From contig OZ218951.1 of the NCBI GenBank assembly GCA_965112735.1, positions 3,286,001 through 3,350,000 of the forward strand: 64,000 nt of DNA, written 5' to 3'. The position numbers and the translations under genes were made by a program. This DNA comes from Phaeosaccion multiseriatum (lineage: Eukaryota; Protista; Ochrophyta, other classes). How positions within the stretch are numbered: position 1 is the stretch's first letter; each line of letters opens with the position of its first letter. Shown piece by piece: positions 23,045 to 36,705 of the stretch. The notes beneath the pieces were generated by a model that worked only from the letters and a program-made list of their open reading frames with translations, made no database searches and was not told the DNA's origin.

Positions 23045-26000
23045 GCTATTACTACTACTACTACTACTACTACCTACTACTGTCACCACCACCACTACTA
23101 CTACTCCTACTACTACTGCTGCTACTACACTCCTTCTACTCTACTGCTACTCCTACTACTACAACTACTACAACAACAACTACTACTACTACTGCTACTA
23201 CCACTACTACTACTACAACTACTACTACAACTACTACTACTACTACTACTACTACTGCTACTGCTACTACTACTACTACTACTACTATTACTACTGCTGC
23301 TACTACACTCCTTCTACTCTACTGCTACTACTACTACTACTACTGCTACTGCTACTCCTGCTGCTACTACTACTACTCTACTACTACTACCACTACTACT
23401 ACTTTTCTGCTGCTGCTTGTATGGGGGTGGGGAAGGGGGGTTGAAAAGCTCCGTGGGTGTTTTTTTGTTCTACTGCTCGCCACAGTGGACGTAGTCATGT
23501 GTCACGTGGGTTTAGTTTTCAACTCCATCCCCCCCATCTACTGCCATCCATCCACCCATCTGCCCCCCCCCCCCCAACCCCCCGCATCCACTGCCATCTA
23601 TCCATCCATGGACTCCCACCCCACCCCCCCCCCCATCCACTGCCATCCATCCATCCACCTGCCCCCCGCCTTCCCCACAGGCTCTGAAGCGGTTACACGA
23701 CATGTCCACAGCTGATAAAGCCTCCCTCTCGAAGCGAGTGAGGGAGGTGGAGAGGGAGGCGAGTGCTGCTGTGGAGCTGCGCACCGAGCGAGATGCTCTG
23801 GGGAAGTGGAAGGAAGCGGCTTTGATACAGCTCGAAGGCCTCAAAGAACAGGTAGGGAACAGGGGAGGAGAGAGAGGGAGGGAGGGTGAGAGGGGAGGGA
23901 GGGAGCGGAAGGAGGAAGGGAGGGAGGGGCGGGAGGGAGGGGGGAGAAGAGAGAGAGGGGGGAGGGAGGGGAGGGAGGGAGGGAGGAAGGAGGGGAGGGA
24001 GGGAGGGAGGGAGAGGGAGGGCAGGTCAGCGCTTTCAGTTTTCAGTTTACATGGCCTTATCAATATTTGGGTGATCGAAGCTTTCGAAGCTTCTGTGCTT
24101 GTGATCTTTACTAAACTGAAACTATAACTACTACTCCGGTTCTGTTTCTGCCACCACCCTTCCGTTTGCTGCCATCGCCTCCTTCTTTCGTGCAGGTGGA
24201 CGAGGGGGAAGCGTTTCGGGAAATGGTGGAGGAGCTCACAGACAAAAACCTTGAAATGGGAGAGAAGGTCAGTCAATCAGTCAATCAATCAGTCAGTCAC
24301 AGTCAGTCAGTGAGTCCGTGAGTAAGTCGGTTCAGTCAGTCAGCCAGTGAGTCAGTCAGTTTCTTTTCCAGTCGGCTCTCCCTTCTCTTCTCTTGGACCC
24401 ACCTCCCTCCCTCCCTCCCTTTCTCCCTCCGTCCTCACTTCCTGCTTGATCTAGGTGGACGAGTTACAGACTTCTGTAACGGAACTTGAGTCCTCTCTAG
24501 AACTGTCAGAGGAGCTGGAACAGACGCAGGGGGAGGAGCTCAGGACGATGAACAGGGAGATGGATAGTAAGGACATGGAGATTAGGAGGCATGCATTGGA
24601 GAAGGAGCAGTTGCAGAGGAAGGTGGAGGACGGACAGCGCACAGTGGAGAGGTTCCGACATGTCGCAGAGCTGCTCAAGAAGGAGAGAGACGCCTTGGCA
24701 GAACAGGTGAGTGAGGATGGGGGTGAATATGAAAATGGCATTAAGGGCATGGAAGGAGGGAGGGTGTGAGGGTATAAGGGCATGAGCGAGGGAGGGGAGA
24801 GGAGCAAGTAACCACCAAGAATTAGTCACAAGAGGGTGGTGGTGAGGGGCGCAACAAGCGCAAGTGAATCCCTACCCGGGCGATGATGGGGTGAATGACC
24901 GGAGACTGGTCTAATCGGGGGTGATGAGCCATTTCTCTGTCTCTTGACGAAACGTCGCGATTCAGCGAGACGTCGTTCGTTCGGGGGCAGGGCGGTGGTA
25001 GAAGCCTACCTATACGATAGTAAATGCCGATGCCGATGGTACTGGATGTTGCGGTAAGGTGGTACTTTTATAGATCGACTCAGACCGCCTGCCTCCCACG
25101 GCCCTCCCACACCTTTCTATAATGTCTCCCTCGTTGCCTTACACACCAATCCACCTCATTTAGGTCTCACTCGGAGGAGAGGAGCTCGAGTCCATCCGGA
25201 AGCGCCACCAAACGGCTCTGTCGCGCAAGCAGCGGGGCTCTGTTGGTAGTGTGGCTGGTGGGGCCACAGGCGGTGTCGGCAGTCGGTCCATGCTCTCCTG
25301 CCAGCTGCAGACAATCAAGACGCTAGAGAACGCCGTGCGAGCAGAGCGGCTTGGCTTGCTCCTGCCGGTGGCGGTGAAGGAGACGGAGGAGAGAGCCCTT
25401 GCCGCTGACCTCGTCCTCTGTCGGGCGGCTGCCAAGGCGGGGGTGATGCTGGAGATGCTGCTGCCGCAGATCCACTCCTTTGTCGTCAGCAGCCATGGCA
25501 AGGGACAACAGAAGAGCAGGGAAGGAGGAGAGGGCTCGTCGTCGGAGGATCCATTGGGGGAGGAGCAACAGGATGGCGAGGAGGAGGAGGAGGAGGAGGG
25601 GAGAGAGGAGGCCGTCCGGCGAAGCAGGCTGGAGGCAAAGGTATGCACTATGCTGGTGGATTTGCAGGGTAGGGCGAGGAAGCTTATTGCACTGACTGTC
25701 GGAGAGAAGGAGGATGTGGGGTCGTCTGCACCCTCCTCGGACTCTGCAGATGGTAGCCGCCACAGTCAAGGAGGCGGACTGTATCACCAACTGCTGTCGC
25801 CCGAGAAGGTGGAAGAGATCTCCTTGGAGCTTTCCTCTGGCTTCCAGGCAGCGGAGGGCAGTATGGACGCCATGCTTAGTGTGCTGGAGGACGAGGGGGG
25901 CTGCTTGCCACCTGCGAGGGCCGGCGAAGCAGTGGCAGGACTGGAGGCGGCCTTGTCGGCACTGGTAGAGAGGCAAGCGATCTTCTTGGAGGGATCCGAG

Positions 26001-28238
26001 GAGGCCGAGGCAGAGAGTGAGGAGCACGAGGGAGACAGAGTCACAGGAGGAGGAGCAGAGTCTGGAGCCCTACTGCTGCAAGGGCAAGGCAACTCTTTGA
26101 CGGACGCCTCTTGCTTGTTGGACGGCGTGCGGGCGAATGCGCTCGCTGCGGCCGTAGCTGGCTTGGTGGTGGGACGAGAGGAGGGTAGCGAGGAGGAGGA
26201 GAAGGAGGGGCAGGGGGAGGGGGGCATGAAGGCCCTCCTACGAGACGTGGACAGGCTCCAGCGTCGCTTGTGGGGCGGCGAGAGCAGCAGCGGTAGCAGT
26301 GTTGATCTAACTGCAGGTGTAACGGCAGGTGTAACGGCAGGTGCAACGGCAGGTGCAACGGGAGGCATGCCTGAGATGCGCACGGCGGCCACCCTACGCG
26401 CCGCTCGAGAAGTCTGCGAGAGACTCCGGGAGGTGCGAGAGGGGCTCCATGGCTGGCTTGGCGACTCACAGGCACAGAGCGAGGGGGGAGGGGGGGGAGG
26501 ACAAGTAGGAGTCAAGGAGGATGGTGGAGGCAACCCTCTGTCACCCACCACCATTGGAGGGCTTCGGTCGATACTCCAGAGCCTGTACGTGGCGAGTCCT
26601 GTCGGGCTGCTGGGCACAGGGTGTGATGCGGTGCTGCCCAGCAACTTGTGGCACATCATGCAGACCGGCGCTCTGCCCTCTTCCGTTGTGGGGAGAGGAG
26701 GAGCAGGAGGAGGAGGGGGCGGAGGCCTGGGTGGGAGGACGGGCAAAGGCAGCAGGATCAGCATGGGGGACATCTTCGGCGGCGAGGAGGAGGAGGATGA
26801 TGAGGAGGAGGAGGGAGGAGACTCGGCGGCTGCTGCTGCGCGCAAGGAGGCCAAGGGCGCGAGTACACCTTCTTTTGTGCCTCTCTTTCTCGCACGAGCT
26901 GAGAAGAGCCAGGAGAGGCTACAGGCGGGGGCCTCTCTTGAGCCGCAGCTGCAAGCAACGCTTGTGCAGAAGGCGGACTTGGCAAAGACCTTGTCCCAAA
27001 GAGAGAAGGAACTCTCCTCTGCCAAGGCCTCTGCAGAGCGGCTGGAGGGCCTGGTGGAGCAGTACCGGGGCAGTGGCAAGGAGGCAGAGGAGGCGAGAGG
27101 GCGGTTACAGAGCGTAACCGAAGAGGCGCGAATATATAAGGAAGCCATGGAGGCGGAGGAGGAGAAGGTGAAGATGTACGAGAAGCGGGTGCGCGATCTT
27201 CTCAGCAGCAGCACCAGCAGCGGCAGCGGCGGGGGCGGGGGAGGCGCTTCAAGCCCCATGGGTGGCGGCTCTCCGTCGTCTCGACTCCTCCGGAAGAAGA
27301 GCGTGTCCCTCGGTGTAGGGGAGTCTCCCCGCTTCACCCTCTCGGCAGCAGATGCCGCCGACCAAGGGGCTTCTGCTGCTGGTGGGGCGTTATCCGGCGT
27401 TGAGGCGGGCGGGGAAAGCACCGGCCTCCTCAGGCGCATGTCCAGCTCGTCCTCTTCCTTTGCAAGCACTGCTGGCACTGCTTCTGGAACTACTGTATTA
27501 CCAACTGCTACTGTTGGAGCGTCTCCTGCCGAGGCTCGTGCGATGATGCAGGCGTTGGTGCACTCGAGAGGGGAGTGTGCGAGGTGGAGGGCCGCAGCCA
27601 CACGGACCATGTTGGGTAGACTGCAGCCCCTTGCCGTGGCCAGAGACAGCCATCCGTTCACATACGGGAGCGCAGGTGGCCGAGAGCAACAGCAGCACAA
27701 GGAGGAGAAGCAGGGGAAGCAGGGGAAGCAGGAGGAGGGAGAGGAGGAGGAGGGGGAGGAGACGAGAGGCCCAGCAGAGAGCACGGCCGAGTGGTCGTCG
27801 TCAGCTGTTGAGACCGGAGGAGGAAGTGCAGCGCCTGTAGCGGTAGCGGCTTGCCTGCAGGAGCTCCAGAGACTGTCGCAGAGGATTCACGCCGAGCGAG
27901 CAAGACCCAAGGTTGTTAATTTGTGTGCAGGGCGAGAGACCAGCGCCAGAATGGCGGGCATGAGGGCGAGGCTGAGGAGGAGGAGGAGGGAGGAAGACGG
28001 AGGCGGAGGCGGGGAGGGAAGTGGAGGAGCAGCAAAGACAGACGTCTCTACTGTTTCCGCTGACTCTGCTGACTCTGTTGACGGCTCTGTTGCTGGGGCT
28101 GCTGGGCTCGGCGGCAAGGGCGGCGTCGTGAGTGGGGCGAGGGAGGAGTGGCGGGCGCAGCAAGTGCAGGCCCTGAGGCTCATGCGGGATTTCGATGCCG
28201 TTCGGCACAGGGCCTCGGCAGCGATGCGGTATCAATGA
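19571..28238 (+). CDS. DCTN1: Dynactin subunit 1 (p150-glued), multi-exon
   Basis: Spliced N-terminal CAP-Gly domain VGSRVTV...GKIK|[32 protein letters not shown]|[12 protein letters not shown] with the GKNDG motif. It is followed by a basic Ser-rich linker and coiled-coil exons with p150-type words ([42 protein letters not shown]). The final ~3 kb exon stops at 28238. Confidence 0.9.
22968..23403. repeat. (CTA)n microsatellite in a dynactin intron
   Basis: Direct inspection; inside intron 22825-23680. Confidence 0.95.
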
Positions 28239-28979
28239 AGGCCATCCCCATCCCATCGACTGCCATCCACAGCCATCCGAAGCCATCCACAGCCATCCAC
28301 AGCCATCCCATCCACTGCCATCCAGGGCTTCAGTGAAGGACACTGTGGGCACGCTCGATTTCTCCTTCATTCATTCATAAATGCGATTGCTACTTTACAC
28401 ACACACACACCCCTCTCGCGCACTCGTCGTTCGTCACTCCGCGAGTGTTGCTCCCCACCTTTCTCCTCAGCTCCATGATTTGTACTCCCCGCTGGTGCCT
28501 CCTCGTCCGCCGACCGTGGGATGCCATCCATCTGCTCAACCGTGGGATGCATCTCCATCATGCATGCACGACTACTACTACCAAGCGAACTTGAAGGAAA
28601 CACGTCAAGCACACTTGCTACTACTACCAAGCGTGGGATGCCATCCACCTGCCCAACGGTATGATCTTCGTGCCTCATACGTACGTGAAGTGCGCGTTAC
28701 GAAAGTGAAGTATGCTTGCGCATGACCGCTCTCCTTGACACACACGCACACACACACCTCCCTCACTCACTCACTCACTCACTCACTCACTCACTCACTC
28801 ACTTCAATACACTCCCTCTACACGGGCGGCGGGTAGGGTTGCCCAGCCCACGCTGTGCTCCCCTATTCCCCCCTCTACTCCACTCCCACGCTCCTGTCTC
28901 TCCTCCCTCCTCCACTCCCCTCCTCCTCCCTCCCCCACTCCCCCCTTCCTCCCCCCTCCTCCTCCCCCCTCCGCTCATA

Positions 28980-29545
28980 TTACGGTGACGTGGGCTCTAC
29001 TCCGCCGGTGTCACCCCCTCCATCCGAAGAGTTGACCGTCATTGAGTCAACCCCAAACTCACTCAATTTGTCACACCCCGCATCCGAAAAGTTGACGGTC
29101 ATCGAGTCACACTCGGAGGCAGCTTCGCAGGAGAGTACAGACTCGCTCTTCAATCCATCTGCCCCCCCGCTGCTGCTGCCGCTGCGGCTGATGCCCATGA
29201 GGCTGCCCGACGTAGAGCGTTGCTGGTACAGACCCACTGGCGGCGTACCACCACCACGACCACTGCCGCCACTGCCAGTACTACCAGGCTGAGTAGTGCC
29301 ACCAAGACCACCAAGGCCACGAAGGCCAAGGCCCAGGCTAGAGTCGGGGTCAGGACCTGGGCCAGGGCTGGGGCCAGCAGGGCTAGAGCTAGGGCTAGAG
29401 CTAGAGCCAGCACCAGCAAGGCCTTGTGACGTGTTGATGGGGGTGATCCCCGATCCGCCCGCCTTGCTCTTACCCTTCGGCGGTGTGGGAGGCATCGGCA
29501 GGCCGGGGTCGAGCTGGCGTCTGTCCTGCTGACCACTGCTGCCAC

Positions 29546-29577
<32 letters not shown>

Positions 29578-32500
29578 TTGCCACCGCCCGGTGTGTGGGA
29601 GGATGGTATGTGCGTGTGGGAGGATGGTGTGTGCGTGTGAAACGGAGACATTATGACGCTCTCTCCGGAGAGAACACCCGTGTCTGCTCTGCCGAACAAG
29701 GCAATCTTCAGCAGGAGGCGCCCCTCCTGGATAGGGTCGGGCTTCTCCGAGATCACCACGCCTGAGGACAGCCGGGGGGGGGGGGAGTGGAAGGGGGGGG
29801 AGGGAGGGGAGAGGAGGGAAGGGAAGGGAAGGGGAGGGGAGGGGAGTGAGGGTAGAGGAGGGACGTCAAAGCAAAGAGAGGCCCAGAGCCCAGAGCCACA
29901 GATCCAGAGAGGGAGAGAGAGAGAGACCGGGAGAGAGCGCACCCATCCACTTCCAGACTTCACTGATTTACTCATCCACGCCCAACCGCGCGCTCCCTCA
30001 CTGACTTACTCACCCACGTAATGTCCCTTGGAGTCCATGATGGATGCTCCCTGCACCTCCGTCAAGCTTGCAAATCCCGGCGCAGCACCGCCTTCCCCGC
30101 TCAAGCCCGGGGGCATTACGGTCGAGGCGTATGCGATGCCTTTGTTGACGTGCACCTATCGGTTACAATCGGTTACAACCGGTCACAGAGGTATAACGAG
30201 GCAAAATCAGTGAATGAGGGAGAGAGTTGTGGGCGACGAAGTCCTCTTCCTCCTCCTCCTCCTCTTCCTCTTCCTCTTCCTCCCCCCCCGTCCTCCTCCT
30301 CCTCACCTCCGTGATGCGGGCCAAAGCGCTCTGCATAGCCCCGGACGCCCCCGCCCCCCCGGGAGGGCCCCCCTCCTCTCCGACGGCGGGCTTGCTGGAG
30401 CCTCCCATCCACCCCACCAAGCGTACCACGTTGCCCTTCTTGAGCTGCGCCATGTGAGCGTCGAGCAGCACTGTGCAACAAAGAGGGAGGGGGGGAGGAA
30501 TAAGGCTCCATGAAAGGCACCACGCTCACTACACGAGCTACCAGCTGAGGCACAGTGTGTCTGAAGTACGGTTGGTTAGAAGCGAGCAAACTAAGTGCCC
30601 TACCCTACCCTGCCCTGCCCTGTCCTGTATCACCAACTGCCCTGCCCTGCGTTACCGATAAGGGAACAACTCGCGACGAGCCACCTCCGACGACCAATAA
30701 ACCGAAACCGTGAAACTCACCCAGCGCCGAGTGCGAGTGCAGCACGTCGAGGTGTTGCTGACTCCAGCGGCTCTCGCCCTTCTCCGCCAGCGTCGGAAGG
30801 GCCGACGAGGCAGGGCTAGGCACGGCTTCGGACAGATCAAGGCCCTCGAGGCCCTCCTGCTGCTGCCGCAACTTGCAGCGTGAGAGGGTAGCATCACCCC
30901 CACCTCCTCCTCCTCCTCCTCCTCCTTCTTCTCCTCTTCCTCCTCCTCCTCCTCCTTTGCCTTCGCTCGAGCCAGCACCAACAGCAGCACCATCACCAGG
31001 ACCTGCATCAGGACCTACATCAGGACCTGCATCACCGCTGGCAGCAGCAGAGACCTCCCCTCCGTGCTGCTTGCCCTCTTCTTCTTCTCCTCCCCCTCCT
31101 CCTCCTACTACTACTACTCCTCCGCTCTCCTCCTTCCCCTCCCTCTCCCCCTTCTCCCCCTCCCCCCCCTCCTCCTCCTCCTCCTCCTCCTCCTCCTCCT
31201 CCTCCTCCTCCTCCTCCGCGAATGGCGGGGCGGGCTCTGTTGTGTCGCTCGATGGGCGAGCAAAGGGGGAACCGCGATGCCCTCCTTCGCGCTGCACGAG
31301 GGAGATGATGTGCAAGGGAGACACGGGGCTGCATGTCGATGTCTGGAAGGAAAGCGCGGAGCCACTGGAAGGGCTCTGCTCCGTGGCCGATCACCACCCA
31401 GACAAAAGCGGGAGAGGGAGGGAGGGGCAGGAGAGAGAGGGAGTGCGAAAGATGAGAGGAGAAAGAAGAAGAAAGCTTGGCCAAAGGTATAGGGCAGACA
31501 CGCCAAAAAAAGTTTCATCCCCCAACCTGGACAAACAAACAGGCATCCCTTGTACCTGCTGGGAAGGAGGATGCTGTTCCATTTGAAGAGGGCTCTTCGT
31601 GTGTGTGTGTGTGTGCGTGTGTCCGTATGCGTGTACGTGTCCTCCGTGTCCGAATCCGTGTGCGTGTGCGTGCGGAGCGGCGCGCGGGTCGTGAGCGCTG
31701 TAGGTCATACCCTGAGTTTTGAACTCGGCCACATCGGACAGCTCGAAGCTGCGTGTCCCCACCACCACCGGCTCCATCAGGACGTGGGTGATGCGGAGGA
31801 CGTCCACATGAGAGAGGTGAAAGGGTGCGGGGACGCAGCAGGGGCCTCCAGCTCCTCCTCCCCAAGCCCAGCTTTTCCTGTGGGAGTGCGTGCGGTGGAG
31901 TGGGTGCGTGAGGTAAGTGAGTGAATTGTAGTACGAATTAGTAGAGGGCGAGCTGGCTCGGTAGTTTGATCACTTTGTGAATGACTTCCCAAGTGATTTT
32001 TGCTAGTGCTATAGTGCTGGCTATGAGTGAGTGAGTGAGTGAGCGAGTGAGCCAATGGTTGATTGATTGATTGATGGCTTGCGTACTTGGTGATTGGGTG
32101 GGTCGTGTGTAAGTCTTACGGGCGTGTGGAGCTGGAAGGGAAAAGGGGATACATTCACGCACCTGTGCTCGAGCCTCCGGCGGGTGGGTACGTAGTCGTC
32201 TGGTCCCTGTGATGTTGTATCCATTCAGGATATCAATAGCGGAGGCCCAAAGAGATGGATGGAAGGTCAGGCAGGCAGTCAGGCAGATAGGCAGGCAGGC
32301 AGATAGGCAGGCAGGCAGGCAGATCGGTAGGTAGGCAGGCAAACAGTGACATCGGCTCGCGCCTGCGTGCATGCTTTCGAAGGAAATTGCTCAGCCAGTC
32401 AGAGGGGCGGGAGAGATTGTGATCGAAAGCCGAAAGCTGCTGCCCTGTGACTAGTCCAATCAATCAAGCAAGTGTTGTCCCACCGTCCCACCCACCTCAT

Positions 32501-33232
32501 CTCACCTCTTCAATCTCCCTGGACACATCAATGGGTATGGATGCGGCAGGCCCTGAGCGGACAGGCTCCCGAGACTCCTGCTCCAGGAGAAGGCGCTGGC
32601 ATAACATCGACTCGGCCACGTATGCCCACACGCTTCCGTTGGCCATGTGAGCGTCCGCACGAGGGGCCTCTCCCGGATGAGAAGCAACGCTCACTCCCCT
32701 CGGCGTCCCTATTAGGATGACCGCCTCCTCTGCCGGCAGCCCGTAGAGGGGGAGTGGAGGGATCTCCACGAGGTGGGGCTTGGGCGGCTCCTCGCGTTCC
32801 GCGCGCTCTTGGTCATGGTCGTACGAAACACAGACGCTAGTGGATGTGGCCACCAGTATGCCTCCCTTCATCAGTAGGCCCGAGCCCATCTTGCGGATAC
32901 GACCTGTGGAGGCGTTAAGAGTAGAGATCTGAGATTCGCCTCTCTTCGGGGAAGCACAGGCAGAGAGCTGCCTTTTTTTTTTTCAGCGGTAGAAACCTGC
33001 CATTTCATGTACTCCATCAATATGTCCTCCATCTTTCCTAGCCCCTCTTCCTTTCTCTATAGGGGACTAACTGAAGGGCGGTTTCCCCGCCTCGTGTCGT
33101 CCCACTTCAATCGCGTGCGGCCCTCGCTCCCAACAAGTCCTCACCTCGCCAATGGATTCCTATAGGCACCACTCCGGGCATAGGATCTCCTTCTCCCGCA
33201 GGGGGGTACACTTTGGGGCAAATCCCGCTCAT
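28980..33232 (-). CDS. Hypothetical multi-exon protein with possible N-terminal PH-like domain and low-complexity C-terminus
   Basis: ATG 33232 MSGICPKVYPP...IHWR G|gtgagg splices in frame to ccacag|GRIRKMGSGLLMKGGILVATSTSVCVSYD...PHLVEIP...VILIGTP...VWAYVAESMLCQRLLLEQ (PH-like strand/helix order, judged by eye). Further GT-AG exons at ~32.2, 31.7, 31.0, 30.4 and 30.1 kb; last exon stops at 28980. Confidence 0.6.
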
Positions 33233-33413
33233 TCTCCTCGCAATGCTCTCGTAATATCCTTGGCTGTGCTTTATATAAACCAAAAAACGTGGTGATTATA
33301 GTAATTTCACATCGACCCACCCACCAGCTCTATTGGAGAGAATTGTCCAAAGTGAGTCATAACGGATTGCTAAAAGCCCCTGGTCCTCACTCCTCACACG
33401 CGATCCTCACCCG
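33233..33413. promoter_or_regulatory. Compact divergent (bidirectional) promoter region
   Basis: 181 bp between two divergent ATGs; AT-rich, with ttatataaa at ~33270 and attgg (reverse CCAAT) at ~33332. Confidence 0.5.
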
Positions 33414-36007
33414 ATGCTTTGCTCAGCTGTGAGATGCGGTAGTCGAGCTTGTGGCGTGGTAGCTCGGAGGAAGCCGTATGGGCACGGGCAGACTCGGGCG
33501 TTTGCGGGACATGAGTGGAGAGGTGGGGCTATATCTGCGGGTCGGGCGGTGGGGGGGGGCAACAAGCCGGGCTGTGTTCGGAGGCTGTGCTCGGCCACCA
33601 CGCCCAAGGCGCCAAAGCAACCGAAAGCATCCGCAGAAGGGGGAGCATCATCCCCGTTACCACCAAAACGACCAGCATCGAAAGCAGAAGCAGCGGCGGC
33701 GATGGCCGCAGCGACAGCCGGAGAAGGCGGAGGAGCGGCGTTTAGGTGCGCTCTGTTCTATGCATGTAGCACCACCATCGTATAGATTGCAGACCCCACC
33801 GACTGAAATCCTCCTACTGATTGCCTCTCTCTCTCGCTTCTGTACTCCTGATGCCTGCATTGCTTTTAAGCAGCCCCCCCCCAGTGATGACCTGGAAATC
33901 AGTTCTGGCGATGGGTATAGCGGCGTGCGGGCTCGTGTTGTACTTTAACATTGAAAAGGACAAGCGCAAGGCCAAGCAGATCAGTCAGGTCACTGCAGTG
34001 GTAAGTTTTTCAAGACTCGTGAGCCTTCCCATGCACAGGGAAGACGGACAAACGTATTCGCAGGGTGGGGGGGTGATACAGCGAGAGTGTATGCCAGCCT
34101 GAAATGCATCCACCCGCCTTCCTTGGCTCCTTCCATCTGTTGATGGCACATGATTGCACGCATAGGGCAAACCTTCCTTGGGCGGGCCCTGGACGCTGGT
34201 GGACATGCACGGGGAGCCCAAGACCGAGCAGGACTACGTGGGGCAGCGCATCATGCTCTACTTCGGCTTTGCTCACTGCCCGGACATCTGCCCCAGTGAG
34301 CTCGTCAAGGTGCGGGGGGAGGAGAGGGAGACGGGGAGGGAGAGGGAGAGGGAGAGAGGGAAGGGAAATGGGTGGCACACCATACGGGCATGCCCGCTGG
34401 GCGCCTTCCTCCCATGCTCGTTTTGATGCTTCCCCCGATCCTGCCTCTCGTCCTGCCTCTCATCCTTCTTGTCATCCCTCCTCTCATTGTTCCCCTGACC
34501 CCTCCTTCCAGATCGGTGCCATAGTGGACCAGCTGGACAGTAAGTTCGGCCCCGGCACCATCAAGCCGCTCTTCATCTCTGTGGACCCCGAGCGGGACAG
34601 TTTGAAGGTCCTCAAGCACTACTCACAGGTATGAATGCACAGCAGTTGGTGGTCGTGTGCAGCAGTGTGGTACTGTCTCCCTCTTTTCGGAGGGGAGTTT
34701 GGCTGCCCCATAATCCTCCATCTGGGAATAACATATATATGGACGCCGCGTCTTTCCGTTCCGTCCCCGTTTCGATCATGTATGTGTGCGCGCGCGTGTG
34801 TGTGTGTGTGTGTGCGCGTCTCATCGTCGGGCGTCTGCAGGACTTCCACCCAAGTATCGACTATCTCACTGGAACCAAGGACCAGGTGAGCCGGGCAGGG
34901 GGGACAAGAAGGAAGAGAGTCAGGCAGGGGGAGAAGAAGGAAGAGAGCTAGGCAGGGCGACAAGACTACACAGTATGCCGCCCCCGGTTTTGGCTGGGGG
35001 AAGGTATCACGTGCGATCGATCTATGGCAGAGGTTTTTTTTAGTGACTTGCAGGAATCAAGTTACGGATGTGTGTGTGCAGAGGGGGGGGAGGACGTGTG
35101 TGTGTGTGTGTGTTTTCGCCCCCTTTGGCTACAGCTTTTTGTGGTGTCCGCTATGTCTGTTTCGTCCAAGTATTGCCCTCACACTCTCTCCCCTGTCACC
35201 CTCTGTGTGCCTTGCCTGGCGTGTTGGGTGTTTCTCGCGCTGCACTCACAGGTGGCGAAGGCTGCCAGGGCGTACAGAGTGTACTTTACCAAGGCCGATG
35301 AACACGACGAGGTACAAGTGTCAGCAGCTGGAGGAGTATGGCGGGGGGGGGGAGGGGGGGGAGGAGGAGGAGAAGAAGAGGAGGAGGGGAGCGGGAGGAG
35401 GAGGATGGGGGAGAGGGGAGGAGGAGGAGGAGGAGGAGGAGGAGGGGGGGGGGGGGACTTGCGGTTCACATTGATTGACAGGGTGTACCCAAAAGAAGAA
35501 GTGGGTCGACTCAACACACAGATACACAAACGCCTTACATACGAAGCCCTTGTCTCAAACATGCTTACATGACCCCCCCCACCCTCCCCCCACCCCCACC
35601 CCATTTGGTGCACACGCAGGACGAAGACTACCTTGTAGATCACTCCATCGTCATGTACCTCAACGGCAAGGGGGGGGAGTTCGAGGACTTCTTCACTCAG
35701 GTACAGTACGTCATCTTTATTTAGTTTTCGTGAGGCCTCTGTAGGCCTCTTGTGTGCAGGTATCTGTAGGCAGGGAGGAGAGGGAGGAAGGAAGGGTGGG
35801 AAGAAGAAGAACCGAGGAAATCTCAAGCTGTGCTTCCCCCCCCCCCCCCCCTTGCACTTGTCCTGCGCTCCACACACTCGCACTTCGATCAATCATTCTG
35901 TCCACCTTCCTTCCTTCCTTCCTTCCTTTCTTCCCCTGCAGCGCACGACGGTGACTGAGTGTGTGGAACGAATAACCAAGTTTATACTTGCCGACAAGGA
36001 TTCATAG
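33414..36007 (+). CDS. SCO1: SCO1/SCO2 mitochondrial copper chaperone for cytochrome c oxidase
   Basis: Arg-rich mitochondrial-type leader and TM segment, then [28 protein letters not shown] (CxxxC), [23 protein letters not shown] and DYLVDHS (Cu-binding His) across GT-AG exons; stop 36007. Confidence 0.95.
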
Positions 36008-36705
36008 AGGGAGCTTCTACAAAAAGAAGGAGCCTCTAATTGCGATGGCACAGAAGGAGCCTCAACTGCAACCCAGGCTAGACTGTGGCACACTGTGACG
36101 ATGCGGCGCACCACAGCGAGCCTCCCTCCCTCCCTCCCTCTAAGTCAATGAAAGCCCCTCCCTCCCTCTCACCCCCTCGCTCTACACTCCCTTTTTTCCC
36201 AACATAACGTAACCTAATCTTATGATGTGTGCGTGTGTGTTGTGTTTAGTGTTGTTGGTTATGGAGGAGAGGGAGAGGGTCGTGCCGAATGATTGTTTTT
36301 GTTTTTTTTTGTTTTTTTTTCTTAATAGTAAATAAATTAACACTCGATTTGCGTAAGAATCGCCCAAATCGCCCGTTTTTTAGGAATCGGGCGGCAATGC
36401 TCTTGCAGAAATGCTGACAAGTAGGGAAGGGGAAGAGCGACGATAGGCATCTCAAAGAGCTACACGAAGAGCCATAGCGCTTCTCCCAGCGTCATTCTGA
36501 GCTCGTCAAATAATCGTCTTCAGGGAAAATAGGGAAAAAAGAAAAGAAAGACAGAAGAGGAAAAAAAAAATGGCCACAAAAAGACAAGACAGAAGCAAGC
36601 TCTGATTTGAGCCGCTGCTTTGCTCCTATTGTACTGCTACTTCACCGCCTCATACACTCACTCCGTCATCCCCTGACCGACTGCCCCAGACACGTGTCAA
36701 TTGCC

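Noticed and set aside
25784-27784. 666-aa antisense ORF over the dynactin last exon
   Set aside because: Shadow ORF of GC-rich coding sequence with no recognisable motifs.
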